Positions 28,779-36,938 of a stretch of DNA of 64,000 nucleotides are shown here, one piece after another (position 1 is the stretch's first letter; the number at the start of each line of letters is the position of its first letter). Both the position numbers and the translations under genes were made by a program. Below the pieces are notes generated by a model. It saw only the letters and a list, made by a program, of their open reading frames with translations. It was not told the origin of the DNA and did not search any database. Source of the stretch: Deltaproteobacteria bacterium. Lineage in GTDB: Bacteria > Desulfobacterota > Binatia > Bin18. The stretch spans positions 797 through 64,796 of the forward strand of contig SHZE01000003.1 in assembly GCA_009692435.1 (NCBI GenBank), read 5' to 3'.

Positions 28779-30521
28779 ATGTCACCGCGTAAAACTGTTT
28801 CCGTCGAAAACACCGCCCAAGCGTACCTGGAACTGCTCCGCGCGATGGGCGTGAAATACTTTTTCGGGAACGCCGGGACCGACTTCGCCTCACTGATTGA
28901 CAGCTTCGCCAAATTCGCGACTGAAGGCAAGCGCACGCCGACGCCAATCCAGGTGCCTCACGAGTTCTGCGCGGTGAGCATGGCGCACGGCTATCATCTG
29001 GTCACAGGGGAGCCCCCACTCGTGATGGTGCATACCACGGTTGGAACGGCCAACGCCTTGTGTGGGTTGATTAACGCCGCTCGCGCGAACATCCCGCTCA
29101 TCCTCACCGCGGGGCGCACGCCGATCACGGAAGCGGGTCGGCTTGGGAGTCGCGATCTGCTCATTCATTGGGCGCAGGAATCGTTCGATCAAGCGTCGAT
29201 GGTCCGCGAGTATGTGAAATGGGACTATGAACTCCGCACGTTTGATCAGTTGGAAACCGTCGTGCGGCGGGCCTTCGCCATTGCCATGAGCGAACCGAAG
29301 GGGCCGGTGTATTTGACGCTTCCCCGTGAAGTCCTCGCCGAAACTCATACCGAGTTTTCCTTCCATGAAGCATCCACCTCCGCGCCAACCTCGCCTCCAT
29401 TCCCCGATCCCGCGCGAATCACCGAAACCGCGCGGCTGCTCGCGGAGGCGGCGTATCCACTGATTATTACCCGGACCTACGGACGCAATGTGGCCGCGGT
29501 CCCAGCGCTCGTCGCCCTTGCGGAGACGTTTGCCATACCAGTCATCGAATATCCGTTTCCCGCTCACGTCAACTTTCCCGCCAATCATCCCCTGCATCTG
29601 GGCTTTGATCCCGGTACGCTCCTGCCCAAAGCGGATATCATCGTTGTCCTTGATTGCGATGTGCCGTGGGCGCCATCGGTCCACAAGCTCAACGATCAGG
29701 TGCAAGTCATTCATATTGGTGTTGATCCGCTCCACAGTCGTTATCCGATCTGGGGATTCCCAACCACACTCGCCATCAGTGGAGATTCCGCCATTGCCGT
29801 CTCGCAACTCACAACCGCCTTGCGCAATTTACGATCAGGACGCGAACAGCCCATCGCGCATCGCTACGCGCGGCTCCACAAAGAGCATGATACCTTGCGG
29901 GTCGCGTGGCGGAACGACGCGGAAGAGAAAGGACGCTCACAACTGCTGACGTTTGAGTGGGTCTCGTATTGTCTCAACCAGCTCAAGGACGACGACATGA
30001 TCTTCGTCAACGAATACGACTTGAGCCTTCGTCACATCGAGTTTACCACGCCCGGCTCGTATTTCGGCTTCTCTCCGGCTGGCGGATTGGGATGGGGTGT
30101 GGGAGGAGCACTCGGGGTGAAACTTGGGGCTCCAGACAGAACAGTCATTTCGGTTGTTGGTGATGGCACCTACGTCTTTGGCGGTCCGAGCGCCTGTCAC
30201 ATGGTGTCAGCAATGTATAATCTTCCGGTCCTCACCATTGTCTGTAACAACGGCGGTTGGGGCGCAACACAAATGGCCACCCGAGGGGTGCATCCGCAGG
30301 GCTGGGCCGTGCGCACCGAAAACTTCCCATTTGGACGGTTTGGTGTCCAACCCGCTTATGAAATGTTCGCACAGGCCTGTGGTGGGTACGGTGAAGTGGT
30401 CCACACTCCACAAGAGCTGCCATCTGCTTTGCGCCGGGCGCTACGCGTCGTGCGGGAAGAAAAACGTCAGGCGCTCGTGAACGTTGATTGTGGCAATGTC
30501 CGGGGCTTTGGCGTCAGTTGA
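28779..30521 (+). CDS. thiamine diphosphate-dependent enzyme (acetolactate synthase-like family)
   Basis: 580 aa. It has an N-terminal ThDP pyrimidine domain and a C-terminal GDG..(N)NGGWG ThDP/Mg motif. Confidence 0.9.
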   Translation: MSPRKTVSVENTAQAYLELLRAMGVKYFFGNAGTDFASLIDSFAKFATEGKRTPTPIQVPHEFCAVSMAHGYHLVTGEPPLVMVHTTVGTANALCGLINAARANIPLILTAGRTPITEAGRLGSRDLLIHWAQESFDQASMVREYVKWDYELRTFDQLETVVRRAFAIAMSEPKGPVYLTLPREVLAETHTEFSFHEASTSAPTSPPFPDPARITETARLLAEAAYPLIITRTYGRNVAAVPALVALAETFAIPVIEYPFPAHVNFPANHPLHLGFDPGTLLPKADIIVVLDCDVPWAPSVHKLNDQVQVIHIGVDPLHSRYPIWGFPTTLAISGDSAIAVSQLTTALRNLRSGREQPIAHRYARLHKEHDTLRVAWRNDAEEKGRSQLLTFEWVSYCLNQLKDDDMIFVNEYDLSLRHIEFTTPGSYFGFSPAGGLGWGVGGALGVKLGAPDRTVISVVGDGTYVFGGPSACHMVSAMYNLPVLTIVCNNGGWGATQMATRGVHPQGWAVRTENFPFGRFGVQPAYEMFAQACGGYGEVVHTPQELPSALRRALRVVREEKRQALVNVDCGNVRGFGVS

Positions 30522-30759
30522 TCGCGGACAACCAACCGTGCTGCCACGGAGATTGATCGCTCCGCCGCGATACGATGAGCCCGCACCATAATCGTGGCGG
30601 GTAACAACCAAACCGCGCAAACCGCGATGCTCGACAATCATCGAATGCCCACCAAACGTATCCACCGGCAATGGTGGATCGGGTAGGAGATCATAGGCAC
30701 CGAGATCAGACAACACCTGGGGGGAAGAAAGTCATGCGAAAAGTGCCTATAACTCTCCC

Positions 30760-32256
30760 ATGTCTGATGTCATTGAATCATTACCATCATCATTAGTTCT
30801 TCGTCGTCTCCCAGTCGTCGCCATTGTCGGCCGTCCAAACGCAGGAAAGTCCACCCTTTTCAACCGTCTCCTTCGCCAGCAAAAAGCAGTCGTTGACAAC
30901 ACGCCAGGAGTCACACGGGACCGCAATTTTTCCGAAGCGCAGTGGGATGGCAATCCATTCATCTTGGTCGATACCGGCGGGATTGAGTTCCGCGAGACCG
31001 ACAACATCTCCGCCCAAGTGCAAGCGCAAACCCTCCTCGCCATCACCGAGGCTGATTTTGTCATCTTTCTGTTTGACGGGCGCGAAGGTCTCAATCCCGC
31101 CGATGCTGACGCGGTCGATCTGCTGCGCCGCAATAACAAGCCCACGTTCTTTGTCGTCAACAAAATTGATGGCGACAGACAAGAAGCGTCCGCCGCTGAT
31201 TTTTTGGTTCTCGGACTTGATCCACTCTTCACGATCTCCTCGGCGCATGGACGCGGGATCGGGGATCTCATGGAAGCGGTCACCGCCGCGTTTCCTTCGT
31301 CAGAGGAGCCAGCCCAAGACGCATCCGGTGCGGATACCGAATCGATCCCACCGGGACCACTGCGCATAGCGATCGTGGGTCGCCCAAACGTCGGTAAATC
31401 TTCGCTGCTGAATCGGTTAGTCGGAGACGAGCGGTCAATTGTCGATGCCACTCCCGGCACCACGCGCGATGCGGTTGATAGTCTCATTGAATGGAACGGC
31501 AAGCCCATTGTGTTAGTCGATACGGCTGGAGCACGACGCCGTGCCCGTGTCCACGAACGGATCGAACATGCGAGTGTCCTTATCGCCCTGAGAGCGCTGG
31601 AGCGCGCGGAGGTCGGGCTATTGGTGATTGATGCGGTGGAAGGAATGACCGACCAAGACGTGCGGTTAGCGCGGTATGCCTGGGATCGTGGGCGCGGTCT
31701 TATTCTCGTTGTCAATAAATGGGATGTGGTGCCGCCGGAGCGCAAGAACCAAGCACGTTACGTTGAAGAGTTGCGCCATTTCTTTCCGATCACCACCTCA
31801 CTTCCTGTCGTCTTTCTGTCCGCCCTCACTGGTGCGCGTATCAACAAATTGCTGCCGATGGTTGAGCAGGTCGCCCAGGCGCACGCACGCCAAATCCCGA
31901 CAGCGCAGTTGAATCGGTCCTTTCAGGAATGGACCACACGCACCCCACCACCGAGCTATCACGGGCGACAGCCGCGCATCTTCTACGTCACCCAAGTCGG
32001 CATCAAGCCTCCCTGCTTGGCCATCTTCACCAGCGCACCAGAAGGGATTCCCCCAGCTTACAACCGCTATCTAGAGAATCAGCTCCGTGAGCAGTTCGAC
32101 CTTGCGGGCACGCCGATCAAGCTGAGTTTTCGCTCGCGTCGCAAGGAAGACGCTGCGACGGGGCGAGAACCCGAAGGCAGAAAGCAGAAAGCAAAAAGCA
32201 AAGGGCAAAAATCAAAAATTGAAACCAAAAAATCAAAGGGCCGCGGACAAAAATAA
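30760..32256 (+). CDS. der: ribosome biogenesis GTPase Der (EngA) with Lys-rich C-terminal tail
   Basis: There are two GTPase domains (GRPNAGKST and GRPNVGKSS, each with a DTAG/DTGG motif) and a KH-like domain. The tail KQKAKSKGQKSKIETKKSKGRGQK is encoded by GCAAAAA/ATCAAAA word repeats. Confidence 0.95.
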   Translation: MSDVIESLPSSLVLRRLPVVAIVGRPNAGKSTLFNRLLRQQKAVVDNTPGVTRDRNFSEAQWDGNPFILVDTGGIEFRETDNISAQVQAQTLLAITEADFVIFLFDGREGLNPADADAVDLLRRNNKPTFFVVNKIDGDRQEASAADFLVLGLDPLFTISSAHGRGIGDLMEAVTAAFPSSEEPAQDASGADTESIPPGPLRIAIVGRPNVGKSSLLNRLVGDERSIVDATPGTTRDAVDSLIEWNGKPIVLVDTAGARRRARVHERIEHASVLIALRALERAEVGLLVIDAVEGMTDQDVRLARYAWDRGRGLILVVNKWDVVPPERKNQARYVEELRHFFPITTSLPVVFLSALTGARINKLLPMVEQVAQAHARQIPTAQLNRSFQEWTTRTPPPSYHGRQPRIFYVTQVGIKPPCLAIFTSAPEGIPPAYNRYLENQLREQFDLAGTPIKLSFRSRRKEDAATGREPEGRKQKAKSKGQKSKIETKKSKGRGQK

Positions 32257-32316
32257 TGAGGAAGCATCTACCGCTTTTTATTTTCTTATTTTTGCCTTTT
32301 GATTTTTGATTTTTCC
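32176..32316. repeat. GCAAAAA/ATCAAAA-word hairpin spanning the der 3' end
   Basis: The purine-rich arm (32176..32240) lies inside der. The pyrimidine-rich arm (32275..32316) lies in the spacer. Confidence 0.65.
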
Positions 32317-33704
32317 TACACTCCCGCCCGCCAATTCCCATGAAACCCATACGGGACACGGTGGGGGAGCTTCACCGTCGCCAGTGGTTTCGCTTCGATA
32401 TTCTCCGCATCAAGGATGACCAGGTCGCTACGGTTGGCCTCCTGTCGATAGACAACGGCGAGCAGGAACCCCTCCCCTTCCAGTGCGTGAGGAGTACGCG
32501 GCACAAAAACCGGTTCCGACGTAAAGCTCGTCGTACCCAAATGATGCTCTCGTCGCCGCCCAGTCTGGTGGTCGTATAAGAAGATCGCATTGAAGAGCCC
32601 AGTCTCCGAGGTCACCCCGACGCGACCTCCGGTGTAACCGTAGCGATACGGACGCCCGGCGAAGCGTTCATCAAGCCGTGGGAATTCGACCGGGCTTTCA
32701 TCGAGAGCCGTTTCTTTGACAGCGCCAGACCGGAGATCGAGAGTCCAGCGCGTCAGGCGGGCGGAGTCAATGTTGTCGCGATCGCGTTTTTCCACCCCGT
32801 CAAAGAGCGGCAGGCGATTGAAGCGACAGACATCGGCAATGACACAGTTCCTCTCCGTGTACGCGTTCATGGGGTGAAAGACAAAGCACGGATCGGTCTC
32901 AAACCAACGGACATCCGTGTTCCCCCCGTTGCGTGGCATAACGCCGATTTTCGTACCAAGCTCAGGCTCCCAGCGAATCGGCGCGGCTGAAGCAAAGTTT
33001 TCAGAGCGGAACGTCGCCGGGAACACCATGAAAATCACATGTTCACGTGTCGTGATGAAATCATGCATCATCGTGGGCACTGGGACCTCAATCTCTTCGC
33101 TCCGCGTGATCGTTCCCGTGGCATCTGCCACATAATAGTGGAGGTACGGTGGGAAGGGGCTGTAACCGAAGAACAGCAGCTCTCCCGTTTCCGGGTCAAT
33201 CTTCGGGTGCGCGGTCATCGGGCCGAGGAGCCGTCCATTAAAGTCGTAGGGCCCGATGGTCTCCAGCGTCTGGGGATCGAGCTCGTGGGGAGGTCCGGCT
33301 TCCCAAAGCGCAAGCAACTTGCCACCATGAACAACGATGTTGGTATTGGCCACATTGGGAAAAATTCCTTCCGCGCGGGGGTCTGTGTTGGTCCAATCGG
33401 TAAGCCCGCCGAAGAGCGCCTCCCCGATCTCACGCTCCATGGTAAATTTTTGGGTCCGCACCCAACGATTGCGATAATGCGCTTTTTCATCACGAAGCGT
33501 AAAGGCGTGCACCATGCCATCGCCGTCGAACCAATGATACTGACCGCGTGGGGCGAATTGGGGATTCGGTCCGTTCCGATACAAGGTCCCGTCGAGTTCG
33601 CGCGGAATCTCTCCGTCAACCACAAGATCGCAAATATCGCCCTCCATCGGCCAGGGACCATAGTTGCCGCGCAAGAATGGATCATCAGGGAATGGGTGGC
33701 TCAT
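32316..33704 (-). CDS. carotenoid oxygenase (RPE65/CCD/lignostilbene dioxygenase family)
   Basis: 462 aa. The conserved His contexts are present (HWFDGDGMVH, HPKIDP, MMHDFITT, FHPMNAY) and the C-terminus has GFHGNW. Confidence 0.9.
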   Translation of the reverse strand: MSHPFPDDPFLRGNYGPWPMEGDICDLVVDGEIPRELDGTLYRNGPNPQFAPRGQYHWFDGDGMVHAFTLRDEKAHYRNRWVRTQKFTMEREIGEALFGGLTDWTNTDPRAEGIFPNVANTNIVVHGGKLLALWEAGPPHELDPQTLETIGPYDFNGRLLGPMTAHPKIDPETGELLFFGYSPFPPYLHYYVADATGTITRSEEIEVPVPTMMHDFITTREHVIFMVFPATFRSENFASAAPIRWEPELGTKIGVMPRNGGNTDVRWFETDPCFVFHPMNAYTERNCVIADVCRFNRLPLFDGVEKRDRDNIDSARLTRWTLDLRSGAVKETALDESPVEFPRLDERFAGRPYRYGYTGGRVGVTSETGLFNAIFLYDHQTGRRREHHLGTTSFTSEPVFVPRTPHALEGEGFLLAVVYRQEANRSDLVILDAENIEAKPLATVKLPHRVPYGFHGNWRAGV

Positions 33705-33780
33705 CGCGCTTCTCCTTTTCGTGTTCTTCGGTTATGACCCAAGGGTATAATTCGTCTATCCCCTTGGGAAGGAGACCCGC

Positions 33781-34989
33781 ATGTTATTGAACAAAGACCG
33801 TGCCGTCGCGTTGATGCAAGAGCAACACTTGGATGCGCTCGTCGCCGTCGCCTCACCAAATGTGTACTATCTTAGCGATTATGACGCGGCCGAGCCGAAA
33901 GATGTCCCGTGGACGGCAGCCGCCATTCTGCCGCGCGATGCCGACACCGAGCCCGCGCTTCTACTCCCTGACTTAGAACTCTCGCTCTTCGCCGAACGTC
34001 CAAGCTGGATGCCGGCGCAGGCGTATCACTTTTCGTTTGATAACGAGTCCATCGCGGTCTTTGACACATCCGTTGATGAGCCACTAGATGACCTGGATAC
34101 GAAAATCAACGTGCTACTTTCCGACGCCGTTACCGCCAATGGTTCGGCAGGAAGCGTTCGCGCGGTCGCCCGTGCGTTGCGACGGATGGGATTAGCCAAC
34201 GCACGCATCGGCTTTGACGACATTCGTTTTGGTCAGCTCGTTCAAGAGACGCTCAAGAATCTCCAGCCAGTCGATGCCACGGACCTCCTGGTTCGTATTC
34301 GCTTGGTCAAGAGTGCTGAAGAACTCACGCTCATGCGCCGTGCCGCGACAATTAACCAAGGGGCAATCGAAGCGGCACTCGCGACCATGAAAATCGGCGT
34401 GTCCTGGCCGGAAGTGCCACGGGCGTGGCGGCAGCATCTGTTGTCACACAAAGCGCGCCCCTTCTCCATGCTCGGTGGCGCGGGCGCGAAAGCGGCTGGC
34501 CCTTTGCGCACCAGTGTCCCCTACCCTCTCGCCCCCGGAATCCCGATCGCATTTGATGCGATGCTCACCTACCGCGGCTACTTTGGTGATCTGCAACGCA
34601 CGTGTGTCATTGGCGACCCATCACCAAAATTGAAACGCTACTGGTCGGCCGTGCAGGCCGGTGCGCTTGCAACCTACGAAAAAATTGCTCCTCGCGTATC
34701 GACAGCGACCTTGCGTGCGCTCGCCGTCGATATCATTCGGCAAGCGGGGCATGGCCAATTTCGCGTTGCGATCGTGCACAGCCTTGGGCTTGAACACATT
34801 GAGATTCCTGGTGCGTGGGGTGGACGCTTACACTCCTTTACGCTGGAACCAGGGATGATCATCAACATTGACCTGGAAGTGCACGAACTCGGCTTTGGGG
34901 CCGTGGCGTTCGAAGAAAGTATGTTAGTAACAGAAACCGGAGCGGAACGGTTGGTGTCGCTTCCGCGAGAATTGCTTCAGGTGGGGTGA
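33781..34989 (+). CDS. M24-family metallopeptidase (Xaa-Pro peptidase/creatinase-like)
   Basis: It has a creatinase-like N-domain and a pita-bread C-domain (FDAML..GYFGDLQRT, HSLGLEH, E.ESMLV). Confidence 0.85.
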   Translation: MLLNKDRAVALMQEQHLDALVAVASPNVYYLSDYDAAEPKDVPWTAAAILPRDADTEPALLLPDLELSLFAERPSWMPAQAYHFSFDNESIAVFDTSVDEPLDDLDTKINVLLSDAVTANGSAGSVRAVARALRRMGLANARIGFDDIRFGQLVQETLKNLQPVDATDLLVRIRLVKSAEELTLMRRAATINQGAIEAALATMKIGVSWPEVPRAWRQHLLSHKARPFSMLGGAGAKAAGPLRTSVPYPLAPGIPIAFDAMLTYRGYFGDLQRTCVIGDPSPKLKRYWSAVQAGALATYEKIAPRVSTATLRALAVDIIRQAGHGQFRVAIVHSLGLEHIEIPGAWGGRLHSFTLEPGMIINIDLEVHELGFGAVAFEESMLVTETGAERLVSLPRELLQVG

Positions 34990-34993
34990 TCCA

Positions 34994-35024
34994 GAGAAGC
35001 GCGGGCCGGAACGCCCGCGCTCTC
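34994..35024. terminator. GC-rich hairpin between convergent genes (bidirectional terminator candidate)
   Basis: The arms gagaagcgcgggc and gcccgcgctctc pair with one bulge. The hairpin sits between the stop codons at 34989 (+) and 35044 (-). Confidence 0.5.
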
Positions 35025-35043
35025 AAGTGAGCTGTACTCGCTC

Positions 35044-36486
35044 CTATGGCTGGGCCGCGGTGGCTACGTGCGTCTTTTTCTTGTAGGTCTCCCAGGATTT
35101 GAGCACTTCAAGCGCGCGATCGAGCTGGGGGTCCTTCCCCAACTCGCCCTCTTTAATCTCATCTTTCTTCTCTTGCGAGGCGGCGTCCGCCTTCTCTCCC
35201 GCGCCTTCAGGTGCTCCGCTTTGCGGTTCAGACGCTGGGGCGGCAGGCGCAACCTCGGGCTCTTTCTTATCCCCTTTCTCCGGAGTTTTCTCCGCGGGTG
35301 CTCCAGCTCCTGGCCGATTAAAATGGCCACGGAGATTTTCTTCACGAATCTCGCGCTGTTCACGCGCGGCAATTTGCTCCGCCGTTAAATTCTCCACGAG
35401 AACGTCCGGGGTAATGCCCGTCACTTGAATGGACCGTCCACTGGGAGTGAAATACATCGCCGTCGTCAACCGTAGAGCGGCACCATTCTCCATCGGCAGA
35501 ATCGTTTGCACCGAGCCTTTTCCGAAAGTTTTCGTGCCCACGACTACCGCCCGCCCGTGATCTTGCAGAGCTCCCGCCACAATCTCCGAGGCACTGGCAC
35601 TCCCGCCGTTCACCAGCACTACCAGGGGGAGTTCCGTTTGTCCTCCCGGATGGGCGAAATACTTCTGTTTCTGATTATCCAGGCGGCCTTCGGTATAAAC
35701 AACAAGCCCTGTATCCAAAAAAAGGTCCGATACTCTGACGGCTTGACTGAGCAAGCCCCCTGGATCATTCCGCAAGTCCAACACAAGGCCCGTAAGCGCG
35801 CCATTGTCCTGGGTCAATTTCTGTAACGCGCTTTCCAGGTCGGCCCCAGAACGGTCTTGAAACTGCGTCAGACGAACATAGCCATACCCTTTTTCCAAGG
35901 ACTTGGCTTTGACGCTTTGCACTTTGATGACCTCGCGCATGAGGGTAAAGTCGAGCAAGCGTGGGACGCCTTCGCGGCGGACAGAGATGGTGATCTTGCT
36001 CCCTTTGGGCCCGCGCATTTTCTTCACGGCATCGACGAGCCCCATGTCCTTGGTGATCTCACTCTCAATCTTGAGGATTTGATCTCCAGCCTTCACGCCC
36101 GCTCGATACGCTGGAGTATCTTCAATGGGCACAACGACCGTCAGCAATCCATCACGAAGAGTGATCTCAATGCCTAGCCCGCCAAAGCTCCCTTCCGTGT
36201 CCACCTGGAGTTCCTTGTAGGACTCTGGCGTGAGGTAGGAACTATGCGGGTCAAGCGCATTCAACATCCCGTTGATCGCTCCGTCCACGAGCTTTTGCGT
36301 CGCGACCTCTTCGACATAGTTGCGCTGGACAACGGCAAGCACATCGGTGAATGCTTCCAGGCCCGCATACGGATCGCTACTGATTGCCCCCACTTTCGGC
36401 AATCCACTACCGCCAATGGAGATCACGCTCGCCACACCGAGTCCGATCAAAAACCCAAATATCACATTTCGTCGTTGCTGCCGCAT
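35044..36486 (-). CDS. S41-family carboxy-terminal processing peptidase
   Basis: It has an N-terminal TM segment, a PDZ domain, and the S41 core (LDLRNDPGGLL, GGSASASEI, GTKTFGKGSVQ). The C-terminal tail is low-complexity and Pro/Glu/Lys-rich. Confidence 0.9.
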   Translation of the reverse strand: MRQQRRNVIFGFLIGLGVASVISIGGSGLPKVGAISSDPYAGLEAFTDVLAVVQRNYVEEVATQKLVDGAINGMLNALDPHSSYLTPESYKELQVDTEGSFGGLGIEITLRDGLLTVVVPIEDTPAYRAGVKAGDQILKIESEITKDMGLVDAVKKMRGPKGSKITISVRREGVPRLLDFTLMREVIKVQSVKAKSLEKGYGYVRLTQFQDRSGADLESALQKLTQDNGALTGLVLDLRNDPGGLLSQAVRVSDLFLDTGLVVYTEGRLDNQKQKYFAHPGGQTELPLVVLVNGGSASASEIVAGALQDHGRAVVVGTKTFGKGSVQTILPMENGAALRLTTAMYFTPSGRSIQVTGITPDVLVENLTAEQIAAREQREIREENLRGHFNRPGAGAPAEKTPEKGDKKEPEVAPAAPASEPQSGAPEGAGEKADAASQEKKDEIKEGELGKDPQLDRALEVLKSWETYKKKTHVATAAQP

Positions 36487-36651
36487 ATTGTGCCTTCCTT
36501 AATAAATAATATGACTGCGGAGAAATTCTTGCGACTTCCACGTTCCTTGAGAACCGAGGCACCATAGCACATTTTTTGCGCTTTGCGGTATGGAGTTGCT
36601 CCAGACACTTGCCTTTTGTCGCCGTTCTAGTGGAAAGCCATGTAACATCAC

Positions 36652-36680
36652 TTGACGATGAAATTGAGAATCATTATCAT
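36652..36680 (+). promoter_or_regulatory. candidate sigma70-type promoter of feoA (TTGACG-17 nt-TATCAT) overlapped by a Fur box
   Basis: The -35 element is at 36652..36657 and the -10 at 36675..36680. The feoA ATG is at 36689 and has no SD sequence. Confidence 0.45.
36660..36678. promoter_or_regulatory. Fur box
   Basis: GAAATTGAGAATCATTATC matches the classical 19-bp consensus GATAATGATAATCATTATC at 16 of 19 positions. It lies directly upstream of feoAB. Confidence 0.55.
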
Positions 36681-36688
36681 CGCGAACC

Positions 36689-36916
36689 ATGAAGACACTT
36701 GCCGACCTTCTCCCAGCACAAGAAGGACAAATCAGTTCAATCACCGGAATCGATAGCATCGCGCAGCGACTGTCTGAAATGGGCTTCACTCCCGGACAAG
36801 CGGTGCGCGTGGTCCGCTTCGCGCCACTCGGTGACCCCATACAGATCCGTCTTCGCGGATTCAGCATCGCGCTACGGCGAAACGAAGCTCGACGAATTCT
36901 CCTCACCCCGGCCTAG
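36689..36916 (+). CDS. feoA: ferrous iron transport protein A
   Basis: 75 aa SH3-like FeoA pattern (G....I..I.....RL.EMGF.PG..V.V). It lies upstream of feoB. Confidence 0.9.
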   Translation: MKTLADLLPAQEGQISSITGIDSIAQRLSEMGFTPGQAVRVVRFAPLGDPIQIRLRGFSIALRRNEARRILLTPA

Positions 36917-36938
36917 TCGTTAATAAGAGGAGTGTACT

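Noticed and set aside
28890-29807. A 305-aa minus-strand ORF. Similar long antisense ORFs occur at 42758..43618, 49403..50044, 56117..56860, 58409..59194 and 59191..59928.
   Set aside because: Each lies opposite a gene with clear family motifs (ThDP enzymes, DUF1329, DUF1302, IMPase, SDR). None has an RBS or a recognisable domain.
30441-30716. A 91-aa minus-strand ORF (GTG start) in the spacer before der, with vaguely enzyme-like sequence (..VDTFGGHSMIVEHRGL..)
   Set aside because: It overlaps the 3' end of the convergent ThDP enzyme gene by 81 nt, has no RBS, and I could not place it in any family. It could be a gene fragment, but the evidence is too weak to call.
30747-31745. A 332-aa minus-strand ORF opposite der
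   Set aside because: It is antisense to an unambiguous Der/EngA GTPase. The composition is Ser/Arg/Thr-rich, and there is no start context or motif.
36499-36906. A 135-aa minus-strand ORF across the feoA promoter and gene
   Set aside because: It is antisense to feoA and to the Fur-box promoter, its composition is Arg/Cys-rich, and it has no motif.
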